Origin: Clostridia bacterium | GTDB taxonomy: Bacteria > Bacillota > Clostridia > Oscillospirales > Acutalibacteraceae | DNA length: 64,000 nucleotides | Assembly (NCBI GenBank): GCA_017471765.1 | Contig: JAFURT010000009.1 | Location: 15,367 to 79,366, forward strand | Direction: 5' to 3' | Shown: in pieces, positions 1 to 8,587 of the stretch | How positions within the stretch are numbered: position 1 is the first letter of the stretch | Layout: the number at the start of each line of letters is the position of its first letter | The notes under the pieces: generated by a model | What the model was told of the DNA's origin: nothing | Database searches by the model: none | Seen by the model: the letters and a program-made list of their open reading frames with translations, nothing else | Made by a program: the position numbers and the translations under genes

Positions 1-1
1 C

Positions 2-1090
2 ATCGAGCTCCGCCGTACGGTGTCCGGCAAGGAGGCGCTGTCTATTGTTATCGAAAACGATGGGCAGTATACCCCCATGCCCGGGGTGGGGGAGCGCCGG
101 GATTACACAGCGCTGTCCGGCCAGCAGATTCTGGACATCATCCGGGATGCCGGCATTGTGGGACAGGGCGGCGCCGGCTTCCCCACCCATGTGAAGCTGA
201 CCATGAAGGAGGGCGTCCAGCCGGAAACCATCATACTCAACGCCGCCGAGTGCGAGCCGTATCTGACCTCGGACTACCGCCTGCTGATAGAAAAGACCGA
301 CCGGGTGCTGGAGGGCTTGCAGGTCGTCCTGCAGATATTCCCCCAGGCGCAGGCGGTCATCGGCATCGAGGCCAACAAGCCGGAGGCCATCCGTCTGCTG
401 ACAGAGAAAACAGCGGCCCTGCCCCACATTTCGGTGCAGGTGCTGAAAACCAAATATCCCCAGGGCGGCGAGCGTATGCTGATTCATGCCGTCACCGGCC
501 GGGATATCCATTCCGGCAAGTTGCCCATTGACGCCGGCTGTGTGGTGCTGAATGTGTCCACCGTCATGTCCATCCGGGCGGCGGTGTGCCGGGGCATCCC
601 CCAGATTGCCGCCATCATGACGGTAACCGGCGAGGGCGCCGCCTCTCCCTGTAATGTCTCGGTGCCGGTGGGCACCAGCCATCGTGAACTGCTGGCGTTC
701 GCCGGCGGCCTCAAGGGCGAGCCGGAGAAGCTGATTTCCGGCGGCCCGCTGATGGGCGTAGCGATGGTGTCTCTGGACGTGCCGGTGCTCAAGACCAGCT
801 CTGCCATTCTGGCGATGCCGGAGGATGAGGTGGCCCGGTGGGAACCGACCGCCTGCATCCGGTGCGGCCGGTGCTTGCGTGCCTGCCCGGAGTTTTTGGT
901 GCCCCCCATGATGGCTCATGCCGCAGATAATGGGGATTTGGGTGCTTTTGAGAAGGTCAACGGCATGGAGTGTATCGAGTGTGGCTGTTGCACCTATGTC
1001 TGCCCGGCGAAGCGGCGACTGACCCAGTCCTTCCGCACCGCCAAGACCGCCGTGAACGCCAAGCGGCGTGCCGCGGCGGCGAAGAAATAA
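2..1090 (+). CDS. rnfC: Rnf complex subunit C (RnfC), 5'-partial at the window edge
   Basis: The frame is open to position 2. GQGGAGFPTHVKL NADH/FMN-type motif and two 4Fe-4S motifs (CIRCGRCLRACP, CIECGCCTYVCP). First gene of the rnfCDGEAB order. Confidence 0.9.
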   Translation: MELRRTVSGKEALSIVIENDGQYTPMPGVGERRDYTALSGQQILDIIRDAGIVGQGGAGFPTHVKLTMKEGVQPETIILNAAECEPYLTSDYRLLIEKTDRVLEGLQVVLQIFPQAQAVIGIEANKPEAIRLLTEKTAALPHISVQVLKTKYPQGGERMLIHAVTGRDIHSGKLPIDAGCVVLNVSTVMSIRAAVCRGIPQIAAIMTVTGEGAASPCNVSVPVGTSHRELLAFAGGLKGEPEKLISGGPLMGVAMVSLDVPVLKTSSAILAMPEDEVARWEPTACIRCGRCLRACPEFLVPPMMAHAADNGDLGAFEKVNGMECIECGCCTYVCPAKRRLTQSFRTAKTAVNAKRRAAAAKK

Positions 1091-1120
1091 GGCACCGCCT
1101 CAAGAAAGGATGGAAAAACC

Positions 1121-2122
1121 ATGGTGAATATTTCAACCTCCCCCCACATACGCAGTGGGCTGAGCACCGCCACGGTGATGCAGGATGTGGCCATCGCCCT
1201 GATGCCGGCTCTGCTCATGGGCGTGTTTGTGTTCGGCCTGCGTGCGTTGCTGGTCATCCTGCTGTGTGCGGTGTGCTGTACGTTGACAGAATACCTGTAC
1301 CGGCGGCTAATGAAGCTGCCCCAGACCGTGTCCGACGGCAGTGCCCTGGTCACCGGTCTGATTTTGGCCATGAACCTGCCGGCCTCGGTGCCCCTGTGGA
1401 TTCCGGTGTTCGGCGCGGTGATTGCCATTTTGGTGGTCAAGCAGCTGTTCGGCGGCCTTGGCCAGAATATTATGAACCCGGCCCTGGCGGCCCGTTGCTT
1501 CCTGCTCATTTCTTTCCCGGCCCTGATGGGTGCGGGGATGCCGGCGGTGGGCAACCTGCTGGGTCCGGATGCCCTGGCGGCCTTTGGCCAGCGCATGACC
1601 ACCCTGGCGGTGGACGCCACCACCGGCGCTACCCCCCTGCAGATGCTGAAGGACGGCCAGTCGGTTGATTTGTTGCAGGCCTTCTTCGGCTTCCATTCCG
1701 GCTGTATCGGCGAGACCTCCACTGTGGCTATTCTGGTGGGGGCGGCCTATATGCTGTTGCGTGGGGTCATCAGCCCCCGCATCCCCGGCATCTACCTGGC
1801 GGCAACGGTGGCGTTTGTGGCGCTGTTCCGGGCTGTCACCGGCGAGCCGCTGACCGGCAACTATCTGCTGGGTCAGCTGTGCACCGGCGGTTTGATGGCG
1901 GGTGCGGTATTTATGGCCACCGACTATGTGACCAGCCCCATTACCCCTTGGGGACAGGTCATCTACGCTCTGCTGCTGGGTCTGCTGACCGCCCTGTTCC
2001 GGGTGTTCGGTTCTTCGGCGGAGGGTGTATCTTACGCCATTATCATCGGCAATACCTTGGTGCCGCTGATGGAAAAGGTCACCATCCCTCGTGCGTTCGG
2101 AAAGCGAGGTGTGGCCCGATGA
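1121..2122 (+). CDS. rnfD: Rnf complex subunit D (RnfD), polytopic membrane protein
   Basis: ATG follows an AAGGA RBS. Hydrophobic NqrB/RnfD-like sequence with TGATPL and FMATDYVTSP motifs. Operon position fits. Confidence 0.9.
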   Translation: MVNISTSPHIRSGLSTATVMQDVAIALMPALLMGVFVFGLRALLVILLCAVCCTLTEYLYRRLMKLPQTVSDGSALVTGLILAMNLPASVPLWIPVFGAVIAILVVKQLFGGLGQNIMNPALAARCFLLISFPALMGAGMPAVGNLLGPDALAAFGQRMTTLAVDATTGATPLQMLKDGQSVDLLQAFFGFHSGCIGETSTVAILVGAAYMLLRGVISPRIPGIYLAATVAFVALFRAVTGEPLTGNYLLGQLCTGGLMAGAVFMATDYVTSPITPWGQVIYALLLGLLTALFRVFGSSAEGVSYAIIIGNTLVPLMEKVTIPRAFGKRGVAR

Positions 2123-2685
2123 AATCCATTCTGAAAAACGCCGCCATTCTCTTGGCCATCACCCTGGTGGCGGCAGTGGCTCTGGCCTTTGTATATGACC
2201 TGACCAAAGAGCCCATCGCTCGAGCAGAACAGCAGAAAAAGGTGGAAGCCTACCAGGCTGTGTACACCGAGGCGGCTTCCTTTGGGGATGTGCCGGATGT
2301 TGTCTCCATTCTGAAGGAGTACAACGCCACCCTCACCGGCGGCACCGCCGTGGAGGAAATCTATACCGCCGATGCGGCTGACGGCACCCGGTTGGGCTAT
2401 GTGCTGTCGGTGATGGCCAAAGGGTACGGCGGCGATGTGAAGATTGCGCTGGGCATCGACACCACCGGCAAGGTGGTGGGGTACAGCGTGCTCAGCCACA
2501 GCGAGACCCCCGGCTTCGGTGCCAATATGGAGAACGGCGACGTCGCCGCCCAGTTTATCGGCATCACGTCGGCTGACCAGCTGGACGGCATTACCGGGGC
2601 GACCTATACCACCAATGCGCTGAAGGCGGAGACCCAGGCGGCCATCGACCTGGTGGGGCAACTGGAAGGGGGAAGCGGAACATGA
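2119..2685 (+). CDS. rnfG: Rnf complex subunit G (RnfG), FMN-binding
   Basis: Internal ATG at 2119 overlaps the rnfD stop. N-terminal TM anchor and FMN_bind motif DGITGATYTT (flavinylation-type SGAT/TGAT). Confidence 0.9.
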   Translation: MKSILKNAAILLAITLVAAVALAFVYDLTKEPIARAEQQKKVEAYQAVYTEAASFGDVPDVVSILKEYNATLTGGTAVEEIYTADAADGTRLGYVLSVMAKGYGGDVKIALGIDTTGKVVGYSVLSHSETPGFGANMENGDVAAQFIGITSADQLDGITGATYTTNALKAETQAAIDLVGQLEGGSGT

Positions 2686-3479
2686 TGAAAAAAGCGATAG
2701 AACGCATCCTCAACGGCCTGTTCCGGGAAAACCCCATCTTTGTGCTGATGCTGGGTATGTGTGCCACCCTGGCGGTGACGGTCAATGCCGTCAACGGCCT
2801 GGGCATGGGCCTGTCCACGGCGGCGGTGCTGGTGCTGTCCAACGCCATGATCTCCCTGTTGCGGAAGATTATCCCCGACGGGGTGCGTATGCCGGCGTAT
2901 ATTGTGGTGATCGCCACCTTTGTCACCATCGTGCAACTGATTTTGCAGGCTTATGTGCCCTCGCTGTATGAATCGCTGGGCATTTTCATCCCGCTGATTG
3001 TGGTCAACTGCATTATTTTGGGCCGTGCGGAGGCCTACGCCTCCAAGAACAATGTGTTTCTGTCGGTCTGCGACGGTATCGGCATGGGCTTGGGCTTTAC
3101 GGTGGCGCTGACGATCATCGGCCTGGTCCGGGAGCTGTTTGGCACCGGTTGCGTGTTTGGTGTAAAGATCATGCCGGAGTTCTATGAGCCGGTGGCTATC
3201 CTGGTGATGGCACCGGGCGCCTTCTTCGTGCTGGCTATCCTGACAGCCCTGCAAAACAAGCTCCGGGCCCCCAGCGCCTCGAACACCCAGCACAGCGAGC
3301 TGGCCTGCGGCGGCGATTGCTCCCGTTGCGGCGGTTGCGCCGGGGCGGCCAACCATCTGCAGATTGCCGAGGAGACGGAGCGTAAGGCCCGTCAGCTGGC
3401 GGAGGAGCGGAAAGCGGCGGCAGAGGCCAAAAAGTCCGCCGAGCAAGCGAAAAAACAGGAAGGCGGTGAGCAGGCATGA
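2682..3479 (+). CDS. rnfE: Rnf complex subunit E (RnfE) with an unusual ~60-aa C-terminal tail
   Basis: ATGA overlap with rnfG. NqrD/RnfE-like hydrophobic core (about 205 aa), then a Cys-rich and Lys/Glu/Ala-rich extension. Confidence 0.85.
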   Translation: MMKKAIERILNGLFRENPIFVLMLGMCATLAVTVNAVNGLGMGLSTAAVLVLSNAMISLLRKIIPDGVRMPAYIVVIATFVTIVQLILQAYVPSLYESLGIFIPLIVVNCIILGRAEAYASKNNVFLSVCDGIGMGLGFTVALTIIGLVRELFGTGCVFGVKIMPEFYEPVAILVMAPGAFFVLAILTALQNKLRAPSASNTQHSELACGGDCSRCGGCAGAANHLQIAEETERKARQLAEERKAAAEAKKSAEQAKKQEGGEQA

Positions 3480-4060
3480 GTATCGGCACCCTGTTTCTGA
3501 CCCTGCTGACCACCGCCCTTATCAATAACGTGGTGCTCAGCCAGTTCCTGGGCCTGTGTCCCTTCCTGGGTGTGTCCAAGAACGTCAACACCGCCGCCGG
3601 CATGGGCGGTGCGGTGATTTTCGTCATCACGGTGGCTTCGGCGCTGACCAACCTGCTGTACACCTATGTGCTGGTGCCGCTGGAGCTTCTGTATATGGAG
3701 ACCATCGTGTTCATCCTGGTCATTGCCGCCTTGGTACAGCTGGTGGAGATGGCACTTAAGAAGCTGAGCCACGGTCTGTATGCGGCGCTGGGCGTGTATC
3801 TGCCCCTCATCACCACCAACTGTGCGGTGCTGGGCGTGGCGCTGACCAATGTGCAGAACGACTACGGCTTTTTAGCCAGTGTGGTAGCCGGCTTCGGCAC
3901 CGCCGGCGGCTTCGCCATAGCGATTCTGATTCTCGCCGGTATCCGGGAGAAGATGGCGCATAACGACGTGCCGAAAGCCTTTCAGGGTATGCCTATCGTG
4001 CTGGTGACCGCCGGCCTGATGGCTATTGCCTTTTCCGGCTTTTCCGGCCTGCAGTTTTAA
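3476..4060 (+). CDS. rnfA: Rnf complex subunit A (RnfA)
   Basis: ATGA overlap with rnfE. 194-aa NqrE/RnfA-like six-TM protein (LPLITTNCAVLG motif). Confidence 0.9.
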   Translation: MSIGTLFLTLLTTALINNVVLSQFLGLCPFLGVSKNVNTAAGMGGAVIFVITVASALTNLLYTYVLVPLELLYMETIVFILVIAALVQLVEMALKKLSHGLYAALGVYLPLITTNCAVLGVALTNVQNDYGFLASVVAGFGTAGGFAIAILILAGIREKMAHNDVPKAFQGMPIVLVTAGLMAIAFSGFSGLQF

Positions 4061-4075
4061 GGAGGTGGCGGAGAT

Positions 4076-4876
4076 ATGGTAGAAATCGGTATTGCCGCCG
4101 CCGTTGTAGGCGGAGTCGGTCTGGTTATTGGCCTGCTGTTGGGTTTGGCAGGCCGGGCCTTCCACGTGGAGGTAGACGAGCGTGAGGTGGCGGTGCGAGA
4201 GCTGCTGCCGGGTAGCAACTGCGGCGGTTGCGGCTATGCCGGCTGTGACAGCCTGGCAGAAGCCATCGCCAAGGGCGAAGCCAAGCCCAATACCTGCCCC
4301 GTCGGGGGACAGGATACCGCCCACGCCATCGCCGCCGTCATGGGGGTGGAGGCCGGCGACGTGGTGCAGGAGGTGGCCTTTGTCCACTGCTCCGGCACCT
4401 GCGATAAGGTAAAATTTGAAGCCAACTATTATGGGATTAAGGATTGCCGTCAGGCGGCGCTGGCCCCCGGTTATGCCGGAAAAGCCTGCCCCACCGCCTG
4501 TTTTGGCCTGGGTACCTGCGCCGCCGTCTGTCCCACCGGCGCCATCCGGGTCAAGGACGGTGTGGCCGCTGTGGACCGGGAGAAGTGCATCCACTGTGGC
4601 GCCTGTGTGAACTCCTGCCCCCAGCGCATCATCACCATGCGGCCGAAAAACGGCCAGGTGGCGGTGGCCTGTTCCTCCCACAAGGCCGGCAAGGCGGTGA
4701 AGGCCGTCTGCGATGCCGGCTGTATCGCCTGTGGCATCTGCCAGAAGGTGTGTCCCCACGATGCCATTCATGTGGTGGATAACCTGGCCGTGGTGGACTA
4801 CGAAAAGTGCACCGGTTGCGGCGCCTGTGTGGCCAAGTGCCCGGTGAAGGTCATCCACACCACGATAAACCGATAA
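4076..4876 (+). CDS. rnfB: Rnf complex subunit B (RnfB), poly-ferredoxin
   Basis: N-terminal TM anchor, CGGCGYAGC cluster motif, and several CxxCxxCxxxCP 4Fe-4S motifs. Confidence 0.9.
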   Translation: MVEIGIAAAVVGGVGLVIGLLLGLAGRAFHVEVDEREVAVRELLPGSNCGGCGYAGCDSLAEAIAKGEAKPNTCPVGGQDTAHAIAAVMGVEAGDVVQEVAFVHCSGTCDKVKFEANYYGIKDCRQAALAPGYAGKACPTACFGLGTCAAVCPTGAIRVKDGVAAVDREKCIHCGACVNSCPQRIITMRPKNGQVAVACSSHKAGKAVKAVCDAGCIACGICQKVCPHDAIHVVDNLAVVDYEKCTGCGACVAKCPVKVIHTTINR

Positions 4877-4878
4877 AG

Positions 4879-4900
4879 ATAGCCGCCTTCGGGCGGCTAT
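4879..4900 (+). terminator. Hairpin after rnfB (atagccgcc-ttcg-ggcggctat) with a weak U-tail
   Basis: 9-bp GC-rich stem with a tetraloop immediately after the rnfB stop. Confidence 0.4.
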
Positions 4901-4996
4901 GCTTGTAAAAACCGGATTTTTCCCGTATACTTTGCGGTTTTCTCCATATAGTAAGGGTGTGTTTTTCACACAAACTGAAGAATGGAGGAAGAACAG

Positions 4997-5974
4997 ATGA
5001 AACGATATGGTGCATGGCTGGGCGTTGTGGCGATGATGCTCACGCTGACAGCCTGTTCCGCCTGCGGTATGGCAGAGGAGCCCCCCACCTCCGACGGAGG
5101 AGCTACGGCGGTAGGGCACAAGCTGGGCATGGGCAGTGTCAGTGCCGTGTCTATGGAGGGCACGGAACAGGCGCACGTAAAGGTGACCGCCGCCGCCCTG
5201 GTGCTGGACACCAGTGGCAAGATTGCCAGCTGTGAGATTGATGAACTGGCATTTACCGTGGCGATGAAGGACGGTCTGCCCCAGGCGGCAGAAAATCTGC
5301 TGTCCATGCTGGACATGGGGGATGACGACCTTCCGGATACCGGTTCGGCCGACACGGCCACCAAGCCTTGGCACGAGCAGGCGGAGGCCTTCTGCGACTA
5401 CGCCGAGGGCAAAACCCCTGACCAAATCACCGGGCTGGCCACCACCGACGGGAAAAGTGAGGAAATTGAAGGGTGCGACCTGATTCTCACGGATATTATC
5501 CAGGCGGTGGGCCGGGCGGCCAAGGCCGCCAGAGCCCAGTCTGTGAAGGCCGGGGACGACCTGGAGCTGGCGATGACCGCCACCAAGGCGGAGGGGTCTA
5601 CCAACGAAAAGCCCCAATATGATGTAGAGCTGGCGGCGGTGACCGTCGGTTCCGGTGACCGCATCACCGGATGCATCACCGACACCCTGCAGGCTAAACT
5701 GACGGTGGCGGAGGGGGTGTTTTCCACCCTGTCCGGCGGCATGGAGACCAAGCGGCAGATGGGGGACGGCTATGGCATGAAGGCGGCCTCCTCCATCAAC
5801 CGGGAGTGGTATGAGCAGGCGAATGCCTTTGATACCTTCGCGGTGGGCAAGACCGCCGAGGAGCTGGCCGGCACAAAGCTGAACAGCGAGGGCAAGACGG
5901 ACGCCGTCACCGGCTGTACCATGGCGGTGACCGGCATGCTGAAAAATGCGGTAAAAGCCGCTGACAAAGAGTAA
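4997..5974 (+). CDS. Lipoprotein with an internally duplicated FMN_bind-like domain carrying G-C-(T/D) in place of G-A-T
   Basis: GGAGGAAG RBS 5 nt before ATG 4997. Signal peptide plus lipobox LTLTAC. Two repeats of the pattern W.EQA.AF...GKT....(E/T)GC(D/T). Confidence 0.6.
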   Translation: MKRYGAWLGVVAMMLTLTACSACGMAEEPPTSDGGATAVGHKLGMGSVSAVSMEGTEQAHVKVTAAALVLDTSGKIASCEIDELAFTVAMKDGLPQAAENLLSMLDMGDDDLPDTGSADTATKPWHEQAEAFCDYAEGKTPDQITGLATTDGKSEEIEGCDLILTDIIQAVGRAAKAARAQSVKAGDDLELAMTATKAEGSTNEKPQYDVELAAVTVGSGDRITGCITDTLQAKLTVAEGVFSTLSGGMETKRQMGDGYGMKAASSINREWYEQANAFDTFAVGKTAEELAGTKLNSEGKTDAVTGCTMAVTGMLKNAVKAADKE

Positions 5975-5998
5975 ACGGATAAAAAGGGAGCGTAAACC

Positions 5999-7051
5999 AT
6001 GCTGAAACGGACAGGCTGTTTTGTCCTTTCCCTACTGCTGTTGGCGGTAGGGCTGGCCGGTTGCGCTTCTTTTTCCGCTGTCAGCCCCCATAAAACGGTA
6101 TGGCTGGACTTATTCGACACGGTATCCAGCCTGACGGTGTATGGGGTGGATAAGGCCGATTTTGAGGCTGGGGCAAAGGCGCTTCACACCCGGCTGACGG
6201 AATATCACCAGCTGTTTGACATCTACCATAGCTATGCCGGGGTGAACAACCTGAAAACGGTGAACGACAACGCCGGCCAGCCGGTGGCGGTGCCGTCGGA
6301 GGTGCTGGACCTGCTGGAATACGGCGTGTCTGCCTACCGGCGTACCGGTGGGCGGGTGAATATCCTGTTCGGGGCGGTGCTGGAGCTGTGGCATGATTGC
6401 CGGGTGACCGCCCTGGAGACCCCGGTGGCCGCCCTGCCGGAGCCGGCCGCCCTGCAGACGGCAGCGACCCATACCGACCCGGCGGCACTGGTCATCGACC
6501 GGGAGGCCGGCACTGCCTGCCTCACCGACCCCCTGGCCCGGCTGGATGTGGGGGCGGTAGCCAAGGGCTATGCCGCCGAGCTGGCCGCTACCTATATCCG
6601 GGAGGAGCTGGGCTGGACTTCCGCTCTGCTGGATATGGGGGGGAATGTCCGGGCGATAGGCGGCAAACCTACCATTGGAGGGCAGACCCCCTTTACCATC
6701 GGGGTGCAGAACCCCAATACCGACTCGGCCAATGCCTACCTGCTGACGGTGGGATTACAGGATATGGCCGCCGTTACCAGTGGGGATTATCAGCGGTTTT
6801 TCATGGTGGATGGCCGACAGTATGCCCATATTATCGACCCGGATACCCTGTACCCTGCCGCTTTTGTCCGGGCGGTAACGGTGGTGTGCCCCGATAGCGG
6901 GCTGGCGGATGTGCTGTCCACCGCCCTGTTTACCCTGCCGGTGGAGCAGGGGCTGGCGCTTCTGCGGCAGTTCCCGGAAGCCCAGGCGGTGTGGGTGCTG
7001 ACGGATGGCACGTTGCAGTATTCCGACGGCTTTAATGCGTACAAGAAATAG
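5999..7051 (+). CDS. apbE: FAD:protein FMN transferase (ApbE family), lipoprotein
   Basis: Lipobox LAGCAS and ApbE-like motifs (DVGAVAKGYA, TSGDYQRFF, HIIDP). Confidence 0.85.
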   Translation: MLKRTGCFVLSLLLLAVGLAGCASFSAVSPHKTVWLDLFDTVSSLTVYGVDKADFEAGAKALHTRLTEYHQLFDIYHSYAGVNNLKTVNDNAGQPVAVPSEVLDLLEYGVSAYRRTGGRVNILFGAVLELWHDCRVTALETPVAALPEPAALQTAATHTDPAALVIDREAGTACLTDPLARLDVGAVAKGYAAELAATYIREELGWTSALLDMGGNVRAIGGKPTIGGQTPFTIGVQNPNTDSANAYLLTVGLQDMAAVTSGDYQRFFMVDGRQYAHIIDPDTLYPAAFVRAVTVVCPDSGLADVLSTALFTLPVEQGLALLRQFPEAQAVWVLTDGTLQYSDGFNAYKK

Positions 7052-7061
7052 GAGTATAGCC

Positions 7062-7631
7062 ATGAAAAACAAGAAAAATGGTCTGCGCCATGGCCCCCGC
7101 CGCTGGCTGGCGGCTGTGGGGATGCTGGTATTGTCTGTGGGGCTGGTGGTGGCGTCCGGTTGGGGCTATACCGCCGCCAAACAGCCCTGGCTCACCGCCC
7201 ATTCCGTGGAGGTCTCCGTGACAAAAACGGCCACCCTGGAGGCGCCGCAGACGCTGATGGACACCTACGGGGTGCAGTCTGTCTCCCAAGCCTTGGCGGC
7301 GGAGGGGCAGACCACCGGCTACGTGGTGGTGGTAGCCCGGCAGGGGTATAAATCCCTGATTCGGCTGCAATGCACCTTTACCGCCGACGGCGGCACGCTG
7401 GCCGACATCCGGGTGCTCTCCCAAGACGAGACCGAGTATCTGGGCACCCGCATTATGGCAGAAAGCTTCACCGCCGGGTTTACCGGCCGGCTGTTGCCGG
7501 TGAAATTGTGGACCACCGCCGCCCCCGGCTCGCCGGTGGATGGGCTGACCGGTTCCACCATATCCGCCCAGGCGGTGGTGGATGGGGTGAACAACGCCCA
7601 TCGCTTTTTACAGGACTATTTGGCGGCCTAG
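7062..7631 (+). CDS. Membrane-anchored FMN-binding domain protein (likely ApbE substrate)
   Basis: ATG follows the GGAG at 7051-7054. N-terminal TM anchor. C-terminal FMN_bind motif VDGLTGSTISAQAV. Confidence 0.75.
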   Translation: MKNKKNGLRHGPRRWLAAVGMLVLSVGLVVASGWGYTAAKQPWLTAHSVEVSVTKTATLEAPQTLMDTYGVQSVSQALAAEGQTTGYVVVVARQGYKSLIRLQCTFTADGGTLADIRVLSQDETEYLGTRIMAESFTAGFTGRLLPVKLWTTAAPGSPVDGLTGSTISAQAVVDGVNNAHRFLQDYLAA

Positions 7632-7656
7632 CCGCTTTACATAAAAGGAGAACCGC

Positions 7657-8028
7657 ATGAAAACAGGCCGCAAAAAAGGGGATATCTGGTTGGTGACCGC
7701 CGTGCTGGCTGTCGCCCTTTGCCTGTTTTTGCTGTTATGGCTGTTGCCGGGGGACGGGGCGGCGGTGGAGGTGACGGTGGATGGCGCTGTGTATGCCACC
7801 CTGCCGCTGGATACCCCTACTACGCTGGACATCCCCGGAAAAAACGGCTGTGTGGGCACCCTGGTTATCGCTGATGGCCGGGCAACCGTCACCCACGCCA
7901 CCTGTCCCGACCGGCTGTGTGTGAGAATGGGGCCGGTGTCCCGGGCGGGGCAGAGCATCGTCTGCCTGCCCGGCCGGATCGTGGTGACGGTGGTGGGGGG
8001 GACCCCTGCCGTGGATGGGGAGGTGTAG
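7657..8028 (+). CDS. NusG domain II-containing small membrane-anchored protein
   Basis: AAAAGGAGA RBS and TM anchor. The CPDRLC...IVCLPGRIVV pattern is typical of NusG_II proteins paired with Gx transporters. Confidence 0.7.
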   Translation: MKTGRKKGDIWLVTAVLAVALCLFLLLWLLPGDGAAVEVTVDGAVYATLPLDTPTTLDIPGKNGCVGTLVIADGRATVTHATCPDRLCVRMGPVSRAGQSIVCLPGRIVVTVVGGTPAVDGEV

Positions 8029-8031
8029 CGG

Positions 8032-8520
8032 ATGAAGCGAAAAACCGCCCTGTATGGGCTTTTGGTGGCGCTGGCCTTTATTTTCAGCTATATTGAGGTG
8101 CTGGTGCCCATTCCGGTGGGCATCCCGGGGATTAAACTGGGGCTGGCCAATGGGGTGACGCTGACGGCGCTGTATTTACTGCGCCCGGCGGATGCCCTGG
8201 CGGTATCGGTGCTCCGCATCCTGCTGGCCGGGCTGACCTTCGGCTCGCCTATGACCATGCTGTACAGCCTGTGCGGCGGCCTGCTCAGCTTCGCTGTCAT
8301 GTGGCTGTGCCGCCGCAGTGACCGCTTCAGCGTGGTGGGGGTGAGCATCGCCGGCGGCGTCAGCCATAATATCGGACAGCTCGCCCTGGCGGCGGTGGTG
8401 CTGGCCACCCCGGCGGTGGCGTGGTACGCACCGGTTTTGCTGGTGACCGGTACCGTCACCGGCGCCCTCATCGGCCTGGTGTGCCGCTTGCTGTTGCCAA
8501 GGCTGGAAAAATTGAGATAA
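8032..8520 (+). CDS. Gx transporter family protein (Hpre_diP_synt_I-like membrane protein)
   Basis: 162-aa polytopic protein with an IPGIKLGLAN motif, adjacent to the NusG_II gene. Confidence 0.7.
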   Translation: MKRKTALYGLLVALAFIFSYIEVLVPIPVGIPGIKLGLANGVTLTALYLLRPADALAVSVLRILLAGLTFGSPMTMLYSLCGGLLSFAVMWLCRRSDRFSVVGVSIAGGVSHNIGQLALAAVVLATPAVAWYAPVLLVTGTVTGALIGLVCRLLLPRLEKLR

Positions 8521-8524
8521 TCTC

Positions 8525-8553
8525 TTGAAAAACCTACTTTTCTGTGGTATACT
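8525..8553 (+). promoter_or_regulatory. Putative sigma-A promoter of serS (TTGAAA-17-TATACT)
   Basis: Consensus-like hexamers with a 17-nt spacer, 35 nt upstream of the serS ATG. Confidence 0.45.
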
Positions 8554-8587
8554 GGTAAAATAATCAAACACGGAAGGATGTCGCCGT

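Noticed and set aside
3872-5617. 581-aa minus-strand ORF, and similar long ORFs at 8564-9910(-), 14119-16047(-), 24496-25746(-), 39063-40748(+), 41926-42984(-), 43882-45138(-) and 20035-22473(+)
   Set aside because: They lie antisense to, or out of frame with, genes that have clear family motifs. Their translations are low-complexity and rich in Gly/Arg/Pro/His, which is typical of shadow ORFs in ~60% GC DNA. They have no RBS.
8521-8587. T-box leader upstream of serS
   Set aside because: The intergenic region is only 67 nt and is occupied by a promoter and an RBS. That is far too short for a T-box.
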